From a virus (taxonomy: Duplodnaviria; Caudoviricetes): DNA of 64,000 bases. This document shows positions 46,867 through 58,600 of the stretch, in pieces; within the stretch, counting starts at the first letter, position 1; each line of letters starts with the position of its first letter. The notes beneath the pieces are model-generated. The model was not told the DNA's origin, ran no database searches, and saw only the letters and a list, made by a program, of their open reading frames with translations. The DNA is taken from the IMG/VR virus record IMGVR_UViG_3300030376_007544, positions 32,001 to 96,000 of that record. One strand, written 5' to 3'. The position numbers and the translations under genes were made by a program.

Positions 46867-49769
46867 TATGCACTCTCCAATGCTTCTAAGCGAGTAGTTA
46901 GTTCTTGTACCGCTTTAACTAGCGGAGCAATAATTTCTGTGTATCGTAAAGATTGACGTGGTTCGTTATCAACCTCAGTTTTTTGAGGTATATCGTTCTC
47001 ATCTGTAATAGGGCGCATAACTTTCGTTCCCTCTTTAACAGTGTTTAACCCCCACATAGACTGTTCTGCGGAATCGGCTTGAGCGTCTAAAACTGTTTTA
47101 ACTTCTTGAGCGATAAAGCCTTGATGCTTCCTAGAGCCGTCTTTCCATTTGTATTCAACAGGTCGTAAAGCCTTAATGAAGTTAAGTCCTAACGTGGCAT
47201 CAGAAATGTCTTTTTTGAGGTTTACGTCTGATGTTTGGATAGTTCCGTTGGTTGCATAAACATCGTCCCAGCGAGTACTGCTAGACCCTAAATCAAAAGT
47301 GTTATCTGAATAAGGGAGAAAGCCGGTAGTGGAATTATTTGTTGTATAAAATTTCCAAGTTCCACCAGCAGCCATATAAAGATATCCATTAGAAGCACTG
47401 CCTCTTAGATGCAAGTCATCGTTACCCGGCGAACCCACATAACTCATCGTATTGGAATCACTGTCGTAGAATATTATGTACATACCTTCATTAGTAGCAG
47501 CGCCGTAATATGCTGCGTAAGAACCAGCACTTATATAATATTTGTTTGTTCCTGAATTTTTCCAAGTATGTGAATACGCATTGTAAAGCATGTGGGCGTA
47601 ACTAGTTTTATCGCCAGTGGCATGCGCTCTTAACTCAGGATAGTTATTTAACCCACTATCCCCGATACTTATTTCTCTGTTTTGAGCCTTAACAGTTAAG
47701 TTTTGCTCAGGAGCCGAAGTACCAATACCAACCTTACCGTCACTTAAAATAGTCATTCTCTCAGTGTCGTTAGATATAAACCTAACCCTATGCGCTGAAC
47801 TAGTTCCAAACAGTGCAGTATTAGAACTATCAGAACCTATATAAGTAGTAGCCGTACCATTCAACGATCTAAAGTACGCAGCACCAGACGTTGCAACTAC
47901 ATCTAACCTACCTTCTGACTCATCCCATAAAAGATGATCGCCAGCACCGGCACCATAAAACTTAACATCATGGCCAGTGTCATCAACCCCAACCGTCAAA
48001 GTGCCGGTCATTGTAGAGTTGCCTGAAATTTTTAAATCAACTATATAGGCTTCTGACCACTCTTTTGACGAAGATCCAAGTTTATAGCCCTCATCGGCAT
48101 AAGGCTCAAGTCCAGTTGAAGAAAAGTTTACTTCATACTCACCCTCTGCCCTAATAGCAATAGAACCTTCAGATTCAATGAACATATTACCTGAAGTAAG
48201 GTTTTTCATATACCAGTTAGTATTAGCACTAAAACCAAAATATCCCAACTGGGTTCCATCATCATCTACAAAATCAACCCTACTACCTTTGTTTGCTTGA
48301 TTATGCCAAATCTCAAGTGCTGCTGCATCAGTATTTGCAGTGCCTCCCCGAACAACTACCTTTCTGACTGGGGAAGTTTGGTCAGAAGGGGTAACCCAAA
48401 ACTCTATATCAGACGGAGTATAGTTATCAGAATAAAAGTACTCTCCTACTAAAGTCTTAATTGCAGCAGCATGATGGTATCCATTGCTGGCTGTCTGCCC
48501 ATAAAAATCTATTTGCCCATAAACGGCATCTTTGTCAAGCCTTCCAGCGCCAGCAGCCTCAGACTTATAAAAAGCGATATTACCAGAATGTGCTTCAGTA
48601 TCGCTGGCTACATCTAGTTTAATTCCTGTGTTGGCACCGCTTTTTGTCATGGTAATTAAGGAAGATCCATCGTAAACAAAGTTGGCGTTTCCTGCTAAAG
48701 AACCAGAACTATTGTACTGAACTTGAGTATTGGCTCCACCAGTAGCGGCAGACGCTCCACCAACCTCAACCCACTGATTGCTAGAACCATCACCATAATA
48801 AATAAAAGTTTTACCAGTATCAGACTCGAACCAAAGGTTACCAGCCGAAGGGCTACCCGGAGCGCTGTCAGCAATCGTGACACTAGCGCCACCACCCCCA
48901 GAAGCATCTTCCCAAGCAACACCACTTCCTGTTGAAGTTAAAACCTGTCCATCAGAACCCTGACCACCATTAACTTTGAAATTGACAGCATCTACAGTGT
49001 CTTTAACAATCAAAGCGTCTGCTGATTCATCCCACAGCATGTATTTACTAGCAGTAGCTCCAAAGAACTTCACATCATAACCTGTGTCATCAACACCAAC
49101 ATTTAATGTGGCATCTAATTGTAATGTTTTGTGAATTGTTGTTTGTACAGATCCACCATCTACAGTAATATATGCTGTTTCTCCACCACTTCCATCGTCT
49201 GAACTCAATACGATATCACCATCTGTATTGTAATTAGTTATCTGGATATTACCAGTAGTTTCACTTATTTGTAAATTACTTCCGGTATGTTTTATGTTCC
49301 CGTCTCCACCTGCCTTACTACCGAGACATATTTTTACATTATCTACTAATACTAGAGAGTCTTCACTTTCATCCCATTCCATGTACCTTCCAGATGTTGC
49401 ACCAAAAAACTTAACGTCTACGCCAGTGTCATTAACACCAAAGGTGGTAGCGCCATCTATTTGAACGGTTCCGTCAATATCAACATCGTCAAGGTTGGTT
49501 GTGCCGTCAATGTCAGCATTCCCAGAAATATCCAAACTCGCAGCAACAAAACCATCATCAGTTTTAAGAACATTTGCAGCGTTTCGATACAGCGTAGTAT
49601 CACCAGCGCTAGACCCGCCAGCACCCCAAGTGATTTTACCGCCAGCATCAATAAGAACCCTATTTTGTGAATCGCCGTCAACTTTGATAGAAAGTGCTTG
49701 TGAGGATGCAGAAGCAAGTCCGTCAAAAGAAATAGCGGTTCTAAAGCTTTGTGCCATGGCCTCAACCAA
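46866..49769 (-). CDS. long tail fibre with S74 chaperone domain
   Basis: Three GVxDTGxDVKFxGA repeats; SDVNLKKDI, GFIAQEV. Confidence 0.85.
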   Translation of the reverse strand: MVEAMAQSFRTAISFDGLASASSQALSIKVDGDSQNRVLIDAGGKITWGAGGSSAGDTTLYRNAANVLKTDDGFVAASLDISGNADIDGTTNLDDVDIDGTVQIDGATTFGVNDTGVDVKFFGATSGRYMEWDESEDSLVLVDNVKICLGSKAGGDGNIKHTGSNLQISETTGNIQITNYNTDGDIVLSSDDGSGGETAYITVDGGSVQTTIHKTLQLDATLNVGVDDTGYDVKFFGATASKYMLWDESADALIVKDTVDAVNFKVNGGQGSDGQVLTSTGSGVAWEDASGGGGASVTIADSAPGSPSAGNLWFESDTGKTFIYYGDGSSNQWVEVGGASAATGGANTQVQYNSSGSLAGNANFVYDGSSLITMTKSGANTGIKLDVASDTEAHSGNIAFYKSEAAGAGRLDKDAVYGQIDFYGQTASNGYHHAAAIKTLVGEYFYSDNYTPSDIEFWVTPSDQTSPVRKVVVRGGTANTDAAALEIWHNQANKGSRVDFVDDDGTQLGYFGFSANTNWYMKNLTSGNMFIESEGSIAIRAEGEYEVNFSSTGLEPYADEGYKLGSSSKEWSEAYIVDLKISGNSTMTGTLTVGVDDTGHDVKFYGAGAGDHLLWDESEGRLDVVATSGAAYFRSLNGTATTYIGSDSSNTALFGTSSAHRVRFISNDTERMTILSDGKVGIGTSAPEQNLTVKAQNREISIGDSGLNNYPELRAHATGDKTSYAHMLYNAYSHTWKNSGTNKYYISAGSYAAYYGAATNEGMYIIFYDSDSNTMSYVGSPGNDDLHLRGSASNGYLYMAAGGTWKFYTTNNSTTGFLPYSDNTFDLGSSSTRWDDVYATNGTIQTSDVNLKKDISDATLGLNFIKALRPVEYKWKDGSRKHQGFIAQEVKTVLDAQADSAEQSMWGLNTVKEGTKVMRPITDENDIPQKTEVDNEPRQSLRYTEIIAPLVKAVQELTTRLEALESA

Positions 49770-49839
49770 TCATGTATAGGGGCGTCCTCAAACGCATTTA
49801 CACATATTATAGCACATTAAGTATTGTGTACTCCAGAGG

Positions 49840-51837
49840 TTATCCGGTTACAACAATGCGATAATCTCCAGCCGATATAGTTCCAAGTAGTGTAACTGTG
49901 ACTGTGTTTGTGTCTGTTCTTACAATATCGCCTTGTACTTCAGCGTATGAAGAAGCGTCATAAACCTGAACAAGTACGTCACGAGTTCCGAAGTTGTGTG
50001 TAACAGTAGTAGTGCTTGTACCTGAAGAATCAGCGGAACAATCTTTACCAGCAACTCTTGCTAGAGTTGTGCCTGACAAACCGCTACCTGTTGCAGCAAG
50101 ATTGTCACGAGCATCGCCAGCAGATGAAGCACCAGTACCACCATAGGCTACACCAATATCGGTTGCCTGCCATGTACCAGTAGCAATCGTACCAATTGCT
50201 GTAATATTAGTTTGAGACGCAGTGAGAATCGTACCAGTCAGGTTACCAGTCACATTACCTGTCAAGTTACCTGTGACAGAAGTAGTTGTTAGAACTCCCG
50301 TACTTGGGTTGTAATTAAGACCTGTGTCTGTTTCGATGCCTTGATCTCCAGTGGCTCCATCAACAAAGGTTAAGTACACTGTTTCATCAGTTGAGTTATT
50401 TGCAGTGGCTGTAACGTTCGTCGCAAGAGATGCTGTACCAGTTAGATCACCTGTTACGTTACCAGTTACTGCACCTTCAAGTGTTCCAACAACAAGTGTA
50501 GCAGCAGCATACCCAGTTCCGCCAGTGTTTACTGTCGTAGTAGGCTCGACCTGTAGATCTTTGAAGAGTTTGAACTTACCGCTGTCGTTAGCATCACGGA
50601 AAAGACCAGCGTAAAGATCTTGCGAACCGCTTGTGTCATACAAACCGTAGAAACCAATGTCTACAGAGTCGGCAGCATTGTTTCCATTTGCCAAAATGAT
50701 AAGCGGATCTTCAACTGATAGCGTAGCAGTGTTAACAGTAGTTGTGTCACCATTAACTGTAAGGTTACCAGAAATCGTTACGTTGTTAGGAAGCCCAACA
50801 GTTACTGCACCAGTTGAAGCATCAACCTCAACCTCATTGGCTGTGCCAGTAAGAGAGTTGACCGTTGTTGCCGCAATTCTATCATTGATAGAAGCAGAAG
50901 TCATTAAAGACGTATCGTTATCAGCAAAGGCTTCGCCACTTGATTGAACTGTGGTTAGCGCCACGCTGTCAAATGTAAATGTGTCAGTGGCTTGAATGGT
51001 TATGCCACCATTAGCAGTGATCAAGCCTGCTACAGTCAAGTCGGCAAGTGTGCCAACACTCGTAAGAGATGATGCTGTAACGCCAGAAGCAAGGGTATTC
51101 GTTGTTAGTGTGTTAGCAGCAGCAGTAACTGTAATATTGCCAGTGCCATCAAATGACTCACCGTTAATTTCTCTCGCAGTTGCCAATGCAGTCGCTGTTG
51201 CGGCATTACCAGTAATATCACTGTCTAAGTGAGCAACTGTACCAGTAGCGTTCTGGAACGTAATTGTTCTATCGGCGGTAGGATCGGTGATTGCAAACGT
51301 GGTTTCGTGAGCGTCCGCAGTAGCACCTTCGAATACAAGAGGGCTAGCAGAACTAAAAGTAGCAGTTGCTATGGAGATATTAGTATCTAAGTTAAGAGTA
51401 ACGTCACCTGAGGCTCCACCACCATTTAAGTTGGTACCAGCAGTAACGCTTGTAACGTCACCCTGTGGTGCTAAGTTAGCAATAGCCTGTGCTGTAACAG
51501 TTTTTGGGTTGTCGCTGTCATTTGTATCAGCGATGATTACTTTATCGTCTGCAGCAACGGTAACAGCAGAAAGACCAGAGGGGGCAAAGTTTACTGTAAC
51601 TGCACCAGATGTCCCACCACCAGAAAGACCTGTACCAGCCGTAACACCTGTTATATCGCCTTGTTCTTGTAGGCTTATCCAACCAGATCCGTTGTAAATA
51701 TAGAGTTCATTGTCGCTGGTGTTAAAGTAAATTTGACCAGTCGCTGGCGAACCCGGAGCGGTTCCTAAGTTCTGAACTTTAGCGTTCTGCAACTCATTTT
51801 TATTTAGATCTATATTAGTTAAAAACTTTTGAGCCAT
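49840..51837 (-). CDS. tail fibre / virion structural protein
   Basis: G/T/A/S-rich, GNLTG repeats, GNLTVNG. Confidence 0.75.
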   Translation of the reverse strand: MAQKFLTNIDLNKNELQNAKVQNLGTAPGSPATGQIYFNTSDNELYIYNGSGWISLQEQGDITGVTAGTGLSGGGTSGAVTVNFAPSGLSAVTVAADDKVIIADTNDSDNPKTVTAQAIANLAPQGDVTSVTAGTNLNGGGASGDVTLNLDTNISIATATFSSASPLVFEGATADAHETTFAITDPTADRTITFQNATGTVAHLDSDITGNAATATALATAREINGESFDGTGNITVTAAANTLTTNTLASGVTASSLTSVGTLADLTVAGLITANGGITIQATDTFTFDSVALTTVQSSGEAFADNDTSLMTSASINDRIAATTVNSLTGTANEVEVDASTGAVTVGLPNNVTISGNLTVNGDTTTVNTATLSVEDPLIILANGNNAADSVDIGFYGLYDTSGSQDLYAGLFRDANDSGKFKLFKDLQVEPTTTVNTGGTGYAAATLVVGTLEGAVTGNVTGDLTGTASLATNVTATANNSTDETVYLTFVDGATGDQGIETDTGLNYNPSTGVLTTTSVTGNLTGNVTGNLTGTILTASQTNITAIGTIATGTWQATDIGVAYGGTGASSAGDARDNLAATGSGLSGTTLARVAGKDCSADSSGTSTTTVTHNFGTRDVLVQVYDASSYAEVQGDIVRTDTNTVTVTLLGTISAGDYRIVVTG

Positions 51838-51850
51838 GTTTTCTCCACAC

Positions 51851-52327
51851 TTAAGTTAAATACGCTTTACCGGAAAACGCAGATTCAAATGAAACTGTAA
51901 CACTACTTGTACTATTATATGATACCTCACCAACTACTACTGTCCCAGCAGAATCAACAACAGTTACAGAAGGAAAACCATCTAGAGTATGACTAATTGT
52001 CCATGAAGAAGAAGTTGTAGACTGGGTGTGTGTAAAACGCTTTGGTATCAAAGGTAACGGATCAGAACCCCAAGAAGTGTTGCCTTTGGGTCCCCAAAGT
52101 TTACCTCCAGATGTATCGATGTAAAAGTCACCAGCAGAACCCAAACTATCTAATGGAGAACCTGTAGAATACAACAAATTTGAAGAAGCTCCAGCATCAT
52201 TCACGAACGTTGCCGCTACCACTGAAACAGTATTCGAAGTAGTTTCTGAAACGCTAACTGAATTAATTATGTCTTGAGCTGTTACGGCATTAGTCGTTTC
52301 TGTTACATTAACTGTGTAATCTGACAT
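51851..52327 (-). CDS. virion structural protein
   Basis: GDFYID...GPK; W.I.H.L..P.VTV. Confidence 0.7.
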   Translation of the reverse strand: MSDYTVNVTETTNAVTAQDIINSVSVSETTSNTVSVVAATFVNDAGASSNLLYSTGSPLDSLGSAGDFYIDTSGGKLWGPKGNTSWGSDPLPLIPKRFTHTQSTTSSSWTISHTLDGFPSVTVVDSAGTVVVGEVSYNSTSSVTVSFESAFSGKAYLT

Positions 52328-52328
52328 A

Positions 52329-52670
52329 TTAACCTACCGTAAAATTCCCTTGAACCAATCGAACCACACCTGGTCGCCCACCATTGCTCACTAACTCTAA
52401 ATCGTATACATGTGTACCTGTCGGCAGATTTGTCGTTTCTGACGAAGATAAACTTAATACTATTTTACCACTAGAAGCGTCATGTGTAATCCTACCATTG
52501 CTGTTCGTTAGTTCAATTAAGTAAGATGACGAAGATTTTAGTTCACGCACTTGCATGCGGGAGTCCCAATAAGTTAAAGAAGCAACTGAATCGTTAGGAT
52601 TTGTTATAAAAATATTGTAGGTAAAAGTTTGTCCTTTTGTACATGAAAGATCTAACGGTCCAGCAGTCAT
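52329..52670 (-). CDS. tail/baseplate adaptor-like protein, paralogue of 61486-61830
   Basis: RMQVR...LIELT..NGRI...VYDLE. Confidence 0.7.
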   Translation of the reverse strand: MTAGPLDLSCTKGQTFTYNIFITNPNDSVASLTYWDSRMQVRELKSSSSYLIELTNSNGRITHDASSGKIVLSLSSSETTNLPTGTHVYDLELVSNGGRPGVVRLVQGNFTVG

Positions 52671-53020
52671 TATTCCATCTCCTCATCAAAATGCATGGGA
52701 GGGAGTTGTGGACCGTGGGCAATGTACTCGTCGGCAAGTTTTATCATTCCACGTGCAATCCACTCAGGTAAGTTGTCTGACGTTACCACCATTAAATTGG
52801 CTTGACCTTCTTCGTCTATTATCTCACCAATAAGAACAAAGTTTCCAATAATACCTACGTCTTCGCCTCTAGATTCAAAAACATCATCAAGTATCTTACC
52901 AACCACGTCCTGCCCGCTTGTTTCTGACTCTCCTTGAACAGCATCAGACAGCATCGCAATCAAATCGTCAACGCTGTCGTCATCTGCACGCTCACTCCAC
53001 GGCACAAAGTCATCAGCCAT
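52670..53020 (-). CDS. acidic hypothetical protein
   Basis: Coupled ORF. Confidence 0.65.
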   Translation of the reverse strand: MADDFVPWSERADDDSVDDLIAMLSDAVQGESETSGQDVVGKILDDVFESRGEDVGIIGNFVLIGEIIDEEGQANLMVVTSDNLPEWIARGMIKLADEYIAHGPQLPPMHFDEEME

Positions 53021-53021
53021 T

Positions 53022-53339
53022 TTAATTGTCCTGTGACTTATATGATTGAAGCTCTTCCATCAGCTCATCATTTTTCTTTTCAAGTTGATCAATTTCTTCT
53101 TGCAAGTGGTGCGTGATATAGCGAAGTCTATTATTCTCTTTCCTTTGTAATGCGTATTCTATTCTACTCTGTCTCACGAGATCTAACCAAACTTCATCCT
53201 GTGCCGCCCCAACATCAAAATCTAATTTTTGTTTCTTAATTCTATTTGATAATAGGATTCCGGCAAATGTAACAACTGAACCAACGAGGGCAGGCACCGT
53301 CATGTTTATAAATTCACTCCACATGTGTCTGTCCTCCAA
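53022..53339 (-). CDS. TM plus coiled-coil protein, possibly lysis-related
   Basis: One TM helix followed by a heptad region. Confidence 0.55.
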   Translation of the reverse strand: MEDRHMWSEFINMTVPALVGSVVTFAGILLSNRIKKQKLDFDVGAAQDEVWLDLVRQSRIEYALQRKENNRLRYITHHLQEEIDQLEKKNDELMEELQSYKSQDN

Positions 53340-53378
53340 CTATATTGTATGTATACCCCCTAAGGGAAAATAGTAATT

Positions 53379-54197
53379 TTATGAATAATCTAACTCAACT
53401 GTAATCGTAGGTCCCAGTGGTGCGGTGGAATAAAACGCATTATATGGATAATATAAAAAATAGTCCGTATCAAAAGATGATCCATAATTGTTAAGCCCAC
53501 CGCTACCAGTGCCTGTATCTGTTTTGTTTGCTATAACTAAAGGCTTTTCAGTTGCAGCATGATCTAACAAGGCTTTGGCTGTTGCGTTACTTTGAGACTC
53601 TAAATTAATAATTGCTTGCTGATTTAAATCTAGCGCATTATTTGGTCTACCCGCATAGTTCTTAGTTGCATAATTTGAAAAACTAATTTTAGTAGGTGTT
53701 GGTGATGTATCCGTTATTGTGCCAGAGTATGTTCCAATGTTTATATTTCCCCAGCCTCCACCACTGCCCCAAAATCCATATTGGTAACTATGTCTGAACA
53801 AACTTAACGTGGCTGATACCACAACGGGTCTTTCATCAAGAGCGTCTTCTAAGGTTACAGCCCCACTTGTGTCATACTTGAATGTTGCTAGTCCAAACCA
53901 TCTATAGTAACTATCTGTGCCAGTGGGGTAACTTCCAGCCCATCTTCCTTGCCTAAGCCCATTTATACCTCCGCCATCAGCACCTGACCATAGCCACTGT
54001 GTACCACGTGCAGATTTTGAGTTGTTAGCAACAAACGTGTATGTTTGTGGATCAGAACCAGTGTAAATTGGGTCCCACCCAGACCCCGTGCTGCGGTAGG
54101 CTTTCTTCACCGTCTTCCACTCGGAGCCATCAGACGCTTTTAAGTCTCCGCTGGCTACTGGTTGCCAACCGCTGCCGTTACTTCCATAGATAGCCAT
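53379..54197 (-). CDS. minor tail protein
   Basis: G/S/W-rich, next to fibre genes. Confidence 0.6.
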   Translation of the reverse strand: MAIYGSNGSGWQPVASGDLKASDGSEWKTVKKAYRSTGSGWDPIYTGSDPQTYTFVANNSKSARGTQWLWSGADGGGINGLRQGRWAGSYPTGTDSYYRWFGLATFKYDTSGAVTLEDALDERPVVVSATLSLFRHSYQYGFWGSGGGWGNINIGTYSGTITDTSPTPTKISFSNYATKNYAGRPNNALDLNQQAIINLESQSNATAKALLDHAATEKPLVIANKTDTGTGSGGLNNYGSSFDTDYFLYYPYNAFYSTAPLGPTITVELDYS

Positions 54198-54206
54198 AGC
54201 GTTCCC

Positions 54207-55631
54207 TTAAATCTGGAACCATAGGTTGCCCGAAGCACCGTAAGAAGGAGTGCCTGACTGAACGAAAATTCTACGCCCATCAGTAGCGCTAGAATCACCG
54301 TAGGTATCATCCTTATGCAAGAACCGGCCATCAAGGTCACGGGTACCTATAGCAGTAACATGGCCACGGGAGTCAACAGTAAAATCTTCGATAACAACAC
54401 CGTTATTACTGCCGCCGTAGATTCCGCTTAACGTAGAGGTATCGGCGTGAGTTACAGTCACTGAAGAAGTCTCGGTATCGTTAGATGACACGTCGATACT
54501 CGTCCCAGCAATAATTCGCCGAACATACGCACCCGAAGTTTGCGTTCCTAGAGTTACAGCGTTGCCATCAATCTTGTCATTAGTGATAGCGTCGCTGGCA
54601 ATCTGATCAGTATCAATCGTACCAGTAATTTTAGTGGCAGCAAGAGAAATAATTTTAGCGTCTTCAATGCTACCAGCCAACTGAGCGTTTGTCACCTTAT
54701 CAAAAGTAAGATTGCCAGTAGTTCTACCAAGAACAGTATTTTCAGTATTGGCTACTATTTGAGTAAGGTTAGCAGGAGTACTACCAACACGACCCAAAAT
54801 AGCGTGCCCAGAAACCTGTTGCATCTGCTCAACATCAACTGCATTAGCAGTAATATTATCTGTATCAATTTTAGCAAATTCAAGAGAAGTGCCGTTTCTA
54901 AGAAGCACCTCATTATCATTGCCAGCAGTAATGTCTGCTACAACACCGCCAGAACTTGCAGAACGACCAATCACAGACAAGCCAGCAGAATCCTCAATCT
55001 TTTCATGAGTTACTGCACTAGTAGCAATCCTAGCGATAGGTAAAGTTCCGGCTGTGATCTTACCAGCATCAATATCTGAGCCAAGTTTAGCGTTTAAAAT
55101 AGTACCAGCACCAATCCTGCCCACGTCAAGAGTACCAGTTGTCATCTTTGAAATATCAAGACCAGAGGCAGCGAGTTTATCATTTGTCACATGAGCGTTA
55201 GTTATCTTTATCGTAGTTACAGCATTATCAGCCAACTCATCAGTGTTAATAGCATTATCAGCCATCATTGCATTCGTAATAGTGTTATTTGAAATACTAT
55301 GCTTGTGATCTGCACGTGCAACGAGCGTGGAAGAGCCGTCTGCTAAAGTTCCATCAATCGCTACAGCACTACCAGGTTTTCCTATCTCGAACCAAGCCGC
55401 CCCATTGCAATAAGACAGCGTTCCAGTATCAGTGTTTGAAGTGGAATAGTGAAAAAATCCTTTATACTTAGCAATAGCTTTAGCCGTTGGAACCGTTGAT
55501 CCAGCTTGATCAAATCCAGCGCCCAACGCCTCTAACTTGTCGTGAGACGTGTTCATTTGAGTACGGGTAAACGTATCAGCACCCGAACTCCAAGTGAAAA
55601 TTTCTAAACGATCTGTTTGTGAAGCAGCCAT
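54207..55631 (-). CDS. tail fibre protein
   Basis: ARADHKH and repeated xVTxxKI motifs. Confidence 0.75.
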   Translation of the reverse strand: MAASQTDRLEIFTWSSGADTFTRTQMNTSHDKLEALGAGFDQAGSTVPTAKAIAKYKGFFHYSTSNTDTGTLSYCNGAAWFEIGKPGSAVAIDGTLADGSSTLVARADHKHSISNNTITNAMMADNAINTDELADNAVTTIKITNAHVTNDKLAASGLDISKMTTGTLDVGRIGAGTILNAKLGSDIDAGKITAGTLPIARIATSAVTHEKIEDSAGLSVIGRSASSGGVVADITAGNDNEVLLRNGTSLEFAKIDTDNITANAVDVEQMQQVSGHAILGRVGSTPANLTQIVANTENTVLGRTTGNLTFDKVTNAQLAGSIEDAKIISLAATKITGTIDTDQIASDAITNDKIDGNAVTLGTQTSGAYVRRIIAGTSIDVSSNDTETSSVTVTHADTSTLSGIYGGSNNGVVIEDFTVDSRGHVTAIGTRDLDGRFLHKDDTYGDSSATDGRRIFVQSGTPSYGASGNLWFQI

Positions 55632-55658
55632 GATAATCCTTTCCTATGGCTTATTGTA

Positions 55659-58600
55659 CTAGGTTATTTGTGAATTCATTAGTGTAATTTCTGCATCAGA
55701 CAGCCTTCTGTTGAAGTAAGCAAACTGTGCTAAACCAAACCGTGCATTCCATGCTCCCGCTGCACCTTCCCCAAAAGAAGCCAAAGATGTAGCAGAAGAA
55801 AAAGTTTTCGTTATAGCTGCTGCAACAGTAGACTGTTCAGTTCCATTAATAACTAAACTAAAACCAATAGTTGGATCTCTGCGCACAACAACCTCATGCC
55901 ATGATCCGTATGTTGGGGATTCAGTCCAAGTCACAGTCTCAGTGTCTGTGCCATCTGTAAATGTGGCTTTTATTGCAGGACCATCATAATAGATATGTAA
56001 TCCCTGATTTGCGGCATTTAATAATTTAAATATTGTGTAGTCTGTGCCAGCAGAAGCCGTCCAAAAACGCCTAACTTGCATCGCTACAGAAAACGGGTGA
56101 TACGCCTCAAGTTCAGGAGGGTTATACATAGTGAGCGTTCCCTCATACGCATGAATCGACTCTTTGTTTATCAACTGACTAGGAGCATATGCAACTGACG
56201 ATGCAGGAAAGTTTCTTGTTAGCGTCCACGTGTGACTTGCATCAACGGAGTCTGCCCCTGTTGTTGCACCAGTCCCAATTGTTGTGGGTAAAAACTTAGC
56301 AAGGTTTGTTCCAGAAGGTCCTGTTCCGTTTGCTTGAATAGTTATTTGATTTAAAGTTAATCCACTAAAGGTGTTAGAAGTTGACGCCTCATAAACGGTA
56401 GCAGGGGTTAATGTTAAAACACCCGAACCATTTGTGGTTACGGAGTTTACTTTGTTTGTTGCCCCACCTGTTGTTGTGTTTACAACTCGTGTTACAACAT
56501 CGTATGCTGTTGAGTTGCTTAAACCATTTATTGTTAGCGTGTCTCCACCTGAAGCAGCGTGCCCAAAGTACCATGTGTCTGTGGTCCCACCAATTCTCCG
56601 CATAGCAAGAACATCAAAATCTTTATCTCCAGCAGCTGCGCCATCAACATCAACTGTCACCGTAGATGTTGCGCTGTCTGGAAGGCTAGCATTAAAACTT
56701 GTACTGTATACCGATACACCGCTTAAGTCAACATCAACACTTGGGGAATACGTAAACTTTCCGTAAGTTTTTGTTGCGTCCCCGTCAATGTAAGCATGAT
56801 TATTCGTCGAAGTGTCACTATCGCCAGTAAATGTTAGCGGAGTTTTAAAGATCATAAACCTTTTTACCCCACAAGAAAGTGGGTTAGCATCTGCCCAATT
56901 GTCTGAAGCATCTAGTTTTCCTAAAACTTGTAAGCGTGCATGGGCGTTGCCCGCAGAAGATGAGGCAGGAGTAATTGTTGCTGTGCCGATCTTGTTTCCC
57001 TCCCAGTCATCATATAAAGATGATTGGGCATAAAACGTAACTGAAGCAGTTCCGCTAACGGCACCACGCTTTACTCTTAAAACTATATCTCCCTTGTTTC
57101 CTACTGTAGAAAAATCAATAGGATCAGAAGCGGCATAGTTAGTCGCCCCAACAGCGTTATACCCTTCAACAAGTAGCATTCTTGTATCATTATCAATTGC
57201 TGCTGTAGCACCAGACACTAAATATAGTGCCCAGTCATTATCGCCTTGACTATCACTATCCACACCACAAGCAATTAAGCGCTTTTCTCTATAGAGCCAG
57301 TCCGATGGAGTGTTTCCTCCGCTTCCTGCACTATCCACACTTGCTGTAGGAGCAGTAACATCAGTCAAAATCGCAACCAAATCGAACCCAGCAGTATTTC
57401 CGCCTATGTCCGCATAAGTTGTAGAAGCCGTTGTTAAACTTCCAAAAGTTGTAGCCGTCTTTTTGCCAAAATAATACTCTGAACCAGTTGAATGATGAGC
57501 GTATCCAACCCCACCACCAACTTCAGTTAATGGTACTGACACAGAAGAGTTTAATAAAATATTTCTAGCAAACCCATCTTTATCAGCAATCAAACTAGGT
57601 CCATACGTAACGACACCTCCACCGCCACTGTTCGAAACAGTAGCTGGATAAAAAACATCTGTAAAACTATATGTGCCATTACCGCTATCTATAACTTGCC
57701 CCACCTTTGTAGCAAACGCTCCAGCAGAAAGACCATGGTTCACAGCGTCAACAACAAGAGAACCTGAAGCATCAGGGTCCGAATCGGGGTCAACAAGAAC
57801 TTCAACTAAAAACGGATTCTCTTTATCATTATTGTTTACATTAACTGCATCTGTTGAGGGCGTAGCGCTTGCAAGCATTGTTCTAACAAAAGCCTCAACG
57901 GTGTCTGGTCTTCCAGCGTGTATTCCTGTAAACCCAGTACGAATCTGATCCCTGAAAGACTGAACCGTATCGAAAAAGTCTGGATCAGCGGCCTGAAGTG
58001 CAAGCCAATCAGAAAAAGACTCAATGTCGGTCCACTCGCCTGGATCGCTTCCTGCGTCACCACCGTCATAGGACTCTATAGCACTCCATGGGGTAAAGCC
58101 TGAACTCGAAACTAGCAGAGTTGTTGCTGTCACTGAAGCCAACCATGCCAAATAAGAAGCAGCAGCGGTGTCAGGATCTGTAAGTTTTGATTTGATTTCA
58201 GTCCCTTCTTCGGGTCTAGTGTAATCAAACTGGGCTGCTTCGTCAGCGATTTTGTCAGCGTATGATGCAAGTGACTCTAAATACCTTCGTAGTGGTAAAT
58301 TGAGTTGATCTTGTCCAAGTATGTTATGTATTTTTTCGTCATCTAATCGCATGAAAGCCGGAAGGCCCGTGTATGCTCGATGAGAAATTCTACCTATCTT
58401 ATTTAAAGAGTCTTCGCAGATAACGGGATCATAGAAAAATCCACCGTCTTCACTTGCTAAGTTTCCCCCAGATCCACCGGATATTTTAAAAACCATTCTA
58501 ACATACTTATCAGACGCTCTAGCAGTAAAATCTTTAAAAAGCCTAGAAACAGTTGTTTCTGTTGCAAAAGTAATTGTTGTAGGTGCAGACAAAGAAGAAT

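Noticed and set aside
45676-55631. Diversity-generating retroelement or invertible tail-fibre cassette
   Set aside because: No reverse transcriptase or invertase, and no template/variable repeat pair seen in this window
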